DNA of 64,000 nt from sequence record MZ502379.1; one strand, given 5' to 3'. Below are positions 59,205 through 64,000 of this stretch, in pieces. Made by a program: the position numbers and the translations under genes. The stretch is from Escherichia phage vB_EcoM_Shinka. Numbering within the stretch: position 1 is the first letter of the stretch; each line of letters opens with the position of its first letter. Under the pieces are notes generated by a model that was not told where the DNA came from, ran no database searches, and worked only from the letters and a program-made list of their open reading frames with translations.

Positions 59205-59783
59205 TTAGGAATTACGGGCTGCATTAGCAACGGCATACGCGTACTGAACATTAGCGTCTTTAAACGTACCTTTAGAGGTATCTAGTTCTGCCTTAAAGCC
59301 GCCTTTAGCCATAACATCGGCAAATTCTTTACGGAAAGCCATTGCATCAAGACCTTTCCATGATGATTTATGCTTGGCAAATTCAAGACCAGCGTAGTTG
59401 ACAGCCTTAGCTAATTTATTATCAATAACCCATTTACCGGCTTTAGGCACAAACACCGGGCCTTTCTGTTTGGAGAATAGTTTTAAATTCCAGCGACGAA
59501 GGTCACCGTCAGCTTTAACAAAAGCTGCGTCCAAGTTACTAGCAACAACATCTTGAATATGGCCAAATTTAAGCCCATCAACTTCAATATTTAGATCGGT
59601 ACGCCAGCGAAGTCCTTCCCAAGCGAAGGCTTTAAAGTCGGAAGCCTTTGTAGCTAAGTACCGTTCAATAGGAGCTGTTTTAGGGTCAAAGCCGTTTCCA
59701 GATCGGTATGTCCACTCATCTTTGTTAATGCCTTTGGCCTTTACTACAGAAGCTTCGGCAATAAATTCTTGATATGTTTTCAT
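59205..59783 (-). CDS. ipIII: internal head protein, IPIII-like, with capsid targeting sequence (192 aa)
   Basis: N-terminal MKTYQEFIAE CTS with predicted prohead-protease cleavage after Glu. Confidence 0.8.
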   Translation of the reverse strand: MKTYQEFIAEASVVKAKGINKDEWTYRSGNGFDPKTAPIERYLATKASDFKAFAWEGLRWRTDLNIEVDGLKFGHIQDVVASNLDAAFVKADGDLRRWNLKLFSKQKGPVFVPKAGKWVIDNKLAKAVNYAGLEFAKHKSSWKGLDAMAFRKEFADVMAKGGFKAELDTSKGTFKDANVQYAYAVANAARNS

Positions 59784-59811
59784 GTGTTTCCTTGTTTGTT
59801 TTGATAGAGTA

Positions 59812-59841
59812 ATTATACCATATTAATACTTAAGCGTAAAC
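59812..59841 (-). promoter_or_regulatory. T4-type early promoter upstream of the IPIII-like gene
   Basis: Minus strand GTTTAC, 18 nt, TATAAT. Confidence 0.6.
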
Positions 59842-59844
59842 CGT

Positions 59845-60105
59845 TTAAGCTTTACCGCCAGAAATAATTCCGAAGTTGTTAAAATCATATCCAATATCGT
59901 CAACATCTACTTTAGGACTTGCTACAACATAAGCAATTTCACTACGTTTTGCACAGGTGTTGATTTCTTTACCATCGCCACCTAAGAAAGAATACCCATT
60001 ACGTTTTAATGAGCCAAAGTCTTCCGCATCACCAATGAAAGCTTTAACTTTAAATTTAGAACCTTTGGCATCTGCTTCAACGATAAATTCTTGATACATT
60101 TTCAT
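59845..60105 (-). CDS. small internal protein with capsid targeting sequence (86 aa)
   Basis: N-terminal MKMYQEFIVEA CTS-like. Confidence 0.65.
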   Translation of the reverse strand: MKMYQEFIVEADAKGSKFKVKAFIGDAEDFGSLKRNGYSFLGGDGKEINTCAKRSEIAYVVASPKVDVDDIGYDFNNFGIISGGKA

Positions 60106-60111
60106 TTTTCC

Positions 60112-60222
60112 TTAGTAAATTGATTTACCAAAGTATTTGTACCAAGTCGGACGTTGAGCAATTTTTTCATCTAAGCGTGCTTGACTTATCGCAATGGACG
60201 CTTCGGACGGGACATAATTTCC
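60112..60222 (-). pseudogene. denV: denV (endonuclease V, pyrimidine-dimer glycosylase) 3' remnant
   Basis: Only ...[31 protein letters not shown] matches the C-terminal about 35 aa of T4 DenV; upstream is unrelated and occupied by a promoter and an internal-protein gene. Confidence 0.7.
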
Positions 60223-60242
60223 TCCAAGTAGTTGATGAATGT

Positions 60243-60272
60243 ATAGTATCAAAACCCTTGGAGGAAGTAAAC
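60243..60272 (-). promoter_or_regulatory. T4-type early promoter lying where denV 5' sequence would be
   Basis: Minus strand GTTTAC-ttcctccaagggttttga-TACTAT. Confidence 0.5.
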
Positions 60273-60274
60273 AA

Positions 60275-61515
<1,241 letters not shown>

Positions 61516-61534
<19 letters not shown>

Positions 61535-62004
61535 TCAGTGATAAAGTTATTTAAATTTTGAACGTATTTCTTTTCATCAAAAATCTTTTGTTGTCTGCGT
61601 AGCCGCCATGGCATTTCAATGAACGTGTACCATATCCCAGATAATATTGCTGCTGTAAAAATATTAACAAGTATGGTTAAAAGAATCCAATCTCCTATTC
61701 TGTCCATTGGATTTTTTATAAAAAAGTAAAATACGAATGATGTCACAGGAAGACTAATAATATACCACAGAATCATAATTTTATCTGTGAACCAATCAGC
61801 GTTCGTTAACTTAGCGCGACCATTATGAATACACACGAATTTATCATCTGTTATAATAGATGGCTTAGCTGCTTGATATCCCATTCTAAACTCCCTAATC
61901 AACAAATTTTTCATATCTTCGGAACAACCATTCCAGTCAACTCTATCAACTGAAATGCCATCATCCCCATCATCTAAATCATACCAGCGAGTTTTTAAAA
62001 TCAT
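61516..62004 (-). CDS. membrane protein (162 aa)
   Basis: e.x-region ORF with hydrophobic segments. Confidence 0.5.
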
Positions 62005-62363
62005 TTAATTTTCCTACAATCACTCACAAACTCTTCCATTGATTCTTTTTCAATATAAGACATGTAGCTATTATATTCCTTTAATTGTATTTTGTAATCC
62101 TTTTTTCTTTGCCAATTTATTTTAAAATTATCATAATGAAAATATAACATTGTACCAAAGAATGAAAATAATGAAATAATTTTAGTATAGTGAAGTTCAC
62201 TCCAAACTTCTATTATATTTACTGTGCCGTCAATGTTTAAAATAAGACAGTCAATTAACAATCCAAAAAGACTACCCGCAAGAGCTGCAGCCAACGCCAC
62301 AGCAAAAATTAAAAATGACTCAGGAAGAGAATATTTGACTTTATTTAGTTTTGGCTTTTGCAT
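62001..62363 (-). CDS. membrane protein (120 aa)
   Basis: e.x-region ORF with hydrophobic segments. Confidence 0.5.
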   Translation of the reverse strand: MQKPKLNKVKYSLPESFLIFAVALAAALAGSLFGLLIDCLILNIDGTVNIIEVWSELHYTKIISLFSFFGTMLYFHYDNFKINWQRKKDYKIQLKEYNSYMSYIEKESMEEFVSDCRKIK

Positions 62364-62758
62364 CGTGATTCCTTAACAAATTTCATAATTTCATCAAATT
62401 CATACGCAGCAAGTTTAAGCTGGTGTTCCTTTTTAATCTTTTTACACTGTGCTTTCCAATCACGTACGCGTTTACGATAATGTCTTCCTTGATACCAGTA
62501 TCCTACCCAATTTACAGGTACTAATAAAAATGGAACTATCATTGGAAGAATTAATGTTGACGCAAATATTATATTAGATTCAATATCAGTCATAACATCT
62601 ATAACTATTCCAACCCCCAGTAGAATTACAAATGATACAGCTATTACAGGACCTATTAATACATCAGTAGAAATTAGCTGGCGCTTTAATTCATACTTCA
62701 ACGGTTTACTTGGAAGATACATTGATGGCTTTGACATATTCTCTACATTCCTTAACAA
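62345..62758 (-). CDS. membrane protein (137 aa)
   Basis: e.x-region ORF with hydrophobic segments. Confidence 0.5.
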   Translation of the reverse strand: MLRNVENMSKPSMYLPSKPLKYELKRQLISTDVLIGPVIAVSFVILLGVGIVIDVMTDIESNIIFASTLILPMIVPFLLVPVNWVGYWYQGRHYRKRVRDWKAQCKKIKKEHQLKLAAYEFDEIMKFVKESRCKSQN

Positions 62759-63314
62759 ATTTTTCTAATAATAAATCGCTTTCAAAATTGGGATTTTCTA
62801 CGAATTTATCAAAAAGATCATCAACAATATTCAAGATATTCCTTTTACTAAGAATACGTTTATTTTCATGCTTCGTTTCAGAATCAACTATAAGAGTAAA
62901 GAAATATTTCTTGCCCTGAAATTTTACAGTAGTATCAATATAGAATAAATTTGACTTTTGTAAATTACGTTTAAACCATGCGTCACTTAAACTATAAACA
63001 CCGAGATAATCAAAATCGTCGTTTAAATAACATACTGTCCATTCAGGAGAAATGAAATCAGTAAATTCAACATCAAAATCACACGTCAATGAATGAATTG
63101 ATTCAATACTGTTAATAAGTATTCCAGGACGTATTAAAGACTTTTTACCTCTGGAAAATCTTCCAGAAAGACTTTCATTAGTTTCATATGAAGAACCCCA
63201 ATAATAATTACGCCCTTCTGCCATACGTTTAAGAGCATTTAGTAATTGGTCTGGAACATCAACTTGTCTTTGGAACTCTTCAAACATTGAATTGAAATCA
63301 CTTTGCATTTTCAT
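62706..63314 (-). CDS. hypothetical protein (202 aa)
   Basis: e.x-region ORF. Confidence 0.5.
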   Translation of the reverse strand: MKMQSDFNSMFEEFQRQVDVPDQLLNALKRMAEGRNYYWGSSYETNESLSGRFSRGKKSLIRPGILINSIESIHSLTCDFDVEFTDFISPEWTVCYLNDDFDYLGVYSLSDAWFKRNLQKSNLFYIDTTVKFQGKKYFFTLIVDSETKHENKRILSKRNILNIVDDLFDKFVENPNFESDLLLEKFVKECREYVKAINVSSK

Positions 63315-63335
63315 TCCTATTTACTCTAAGTAATA

Positions 63336-63350
63336 GGGGCCCGAAGCCCC
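63336..63350 (-). terminator. hairpin with CGAA/UUCG-type loop
   Basis: ggggc-ccgaa-gcccc. Confidence 0.45.
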
Positions 63351-63356
63351 TTATCA

Positions 63357-63950
63357 TTATTTCAGAGAATTAATATATTCCTGAACATCGGCAGAGGTAG
63401 TTTCAACCCCAGAAATATTGCCATTAAAGGTTTCAACTCGGGCAAGAGTATCTTCAATATCAACTTTAGTCAGTGCTGCAATTTCAACTACATCATCAGC
63501 AGTACTAATTCCAAGGGCATTCGCAGCACGAGTTTCACGGATATATTCCAATTTAACTGCAAGTTCTTGGCGAGCATCATCTAACTCAACTACTTTCTTG
63601 GCGATTTCAATTCGCATTTCAGCATACCCATCAGCTTTAGTAGTCAACTGCTCAGCTGTTCGACGATATAGCAAGCCGAGTTTAGCATGCATTGTTACAT
63701 CTTGACCTTCGGAAAGAAGCTTGCGAATTTCACGCTCTTTTGATTCGGCCTGCTTATTCTTTTCGACAATAAGTTCACGAATACGCTTTTCTTCATTAAT
63801 AGATTTAACAGAAGCAGTTTTTAGGTCTTTAATTTTATCAAGCAGTTTTGCTGCTGCGGCAGTATACTGTTCTTCAACAGATAGATTTTTAGCCATAGCA
63901 GAACCAAGTTTAGTGCGAATAAACTCAACAATTTTCTTCAGTGTGTTCAT
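63357..63950 (-). CDS. coiled-coil protein, possibly PspA/IM30-like (197 aa)
   Basis: Long heptad-like helical sequence; similarity to PspA is an impression only. Confidence 0.4.
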
Positions 63951-64000
63951 AGTAGTTCCTTAGGTTGATTAAGATTTAAAATCCATGAGAGTATTATACC

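Overview
This window reads as the first ~64 kb of a T-even (T4-like) Escherichia phage genome, starting exactly at the rIIA stop codon. Essentially all genes run on the minus strand in the canonical T4 order: rIIA, topoisomerase 39, motB, dexA, dda, modA/modB, soc, 56, dam, 61, 41, 40, uvsX, 42, imm, 43, regA, 62, 44, 45, rpbA, 46, 47, alpha-gt, 55, nrdH/G/D, 49, pin, nrdC, rI, tk, vs, regB, internal proteins, e, nudE. Several features point to a T2-type phage rather than T4 itself: gene 39 is fused with the gene-60 segment (no mobA, no bypass gap), segF is absent between soc and 56, a 280-aa GT-A glycosyltransferase replaces the T4 beta-gt, and denV survives only as a C-terminal remnant. Regulatory signals are dense and legible: T4-type early promoters (GTTTAC, 18 nt, TATAAT-like), MotA-box middle promoter candidates, TATAAATA late promoters, and many hairpins whose loops read UUCG on the mRNA strand. 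The most interesting candidate for something undescribed is a 186-aa PD-(D/E)xK-like nuclease ORF translationally coupled to the start of dam, sitting with a divergent plus-strand mini-ORF in what looks like an insertion between dam and gene 61. Other accessory content includes two free-standing GIY-YIG homing-endonuclease genes, a polymorphic internal-protein locus, a host-like GrcA module, and repeated promoter/leader cassettes. All protein identifications are from reading the translations and from memory of T-even proteins; no database search was run.
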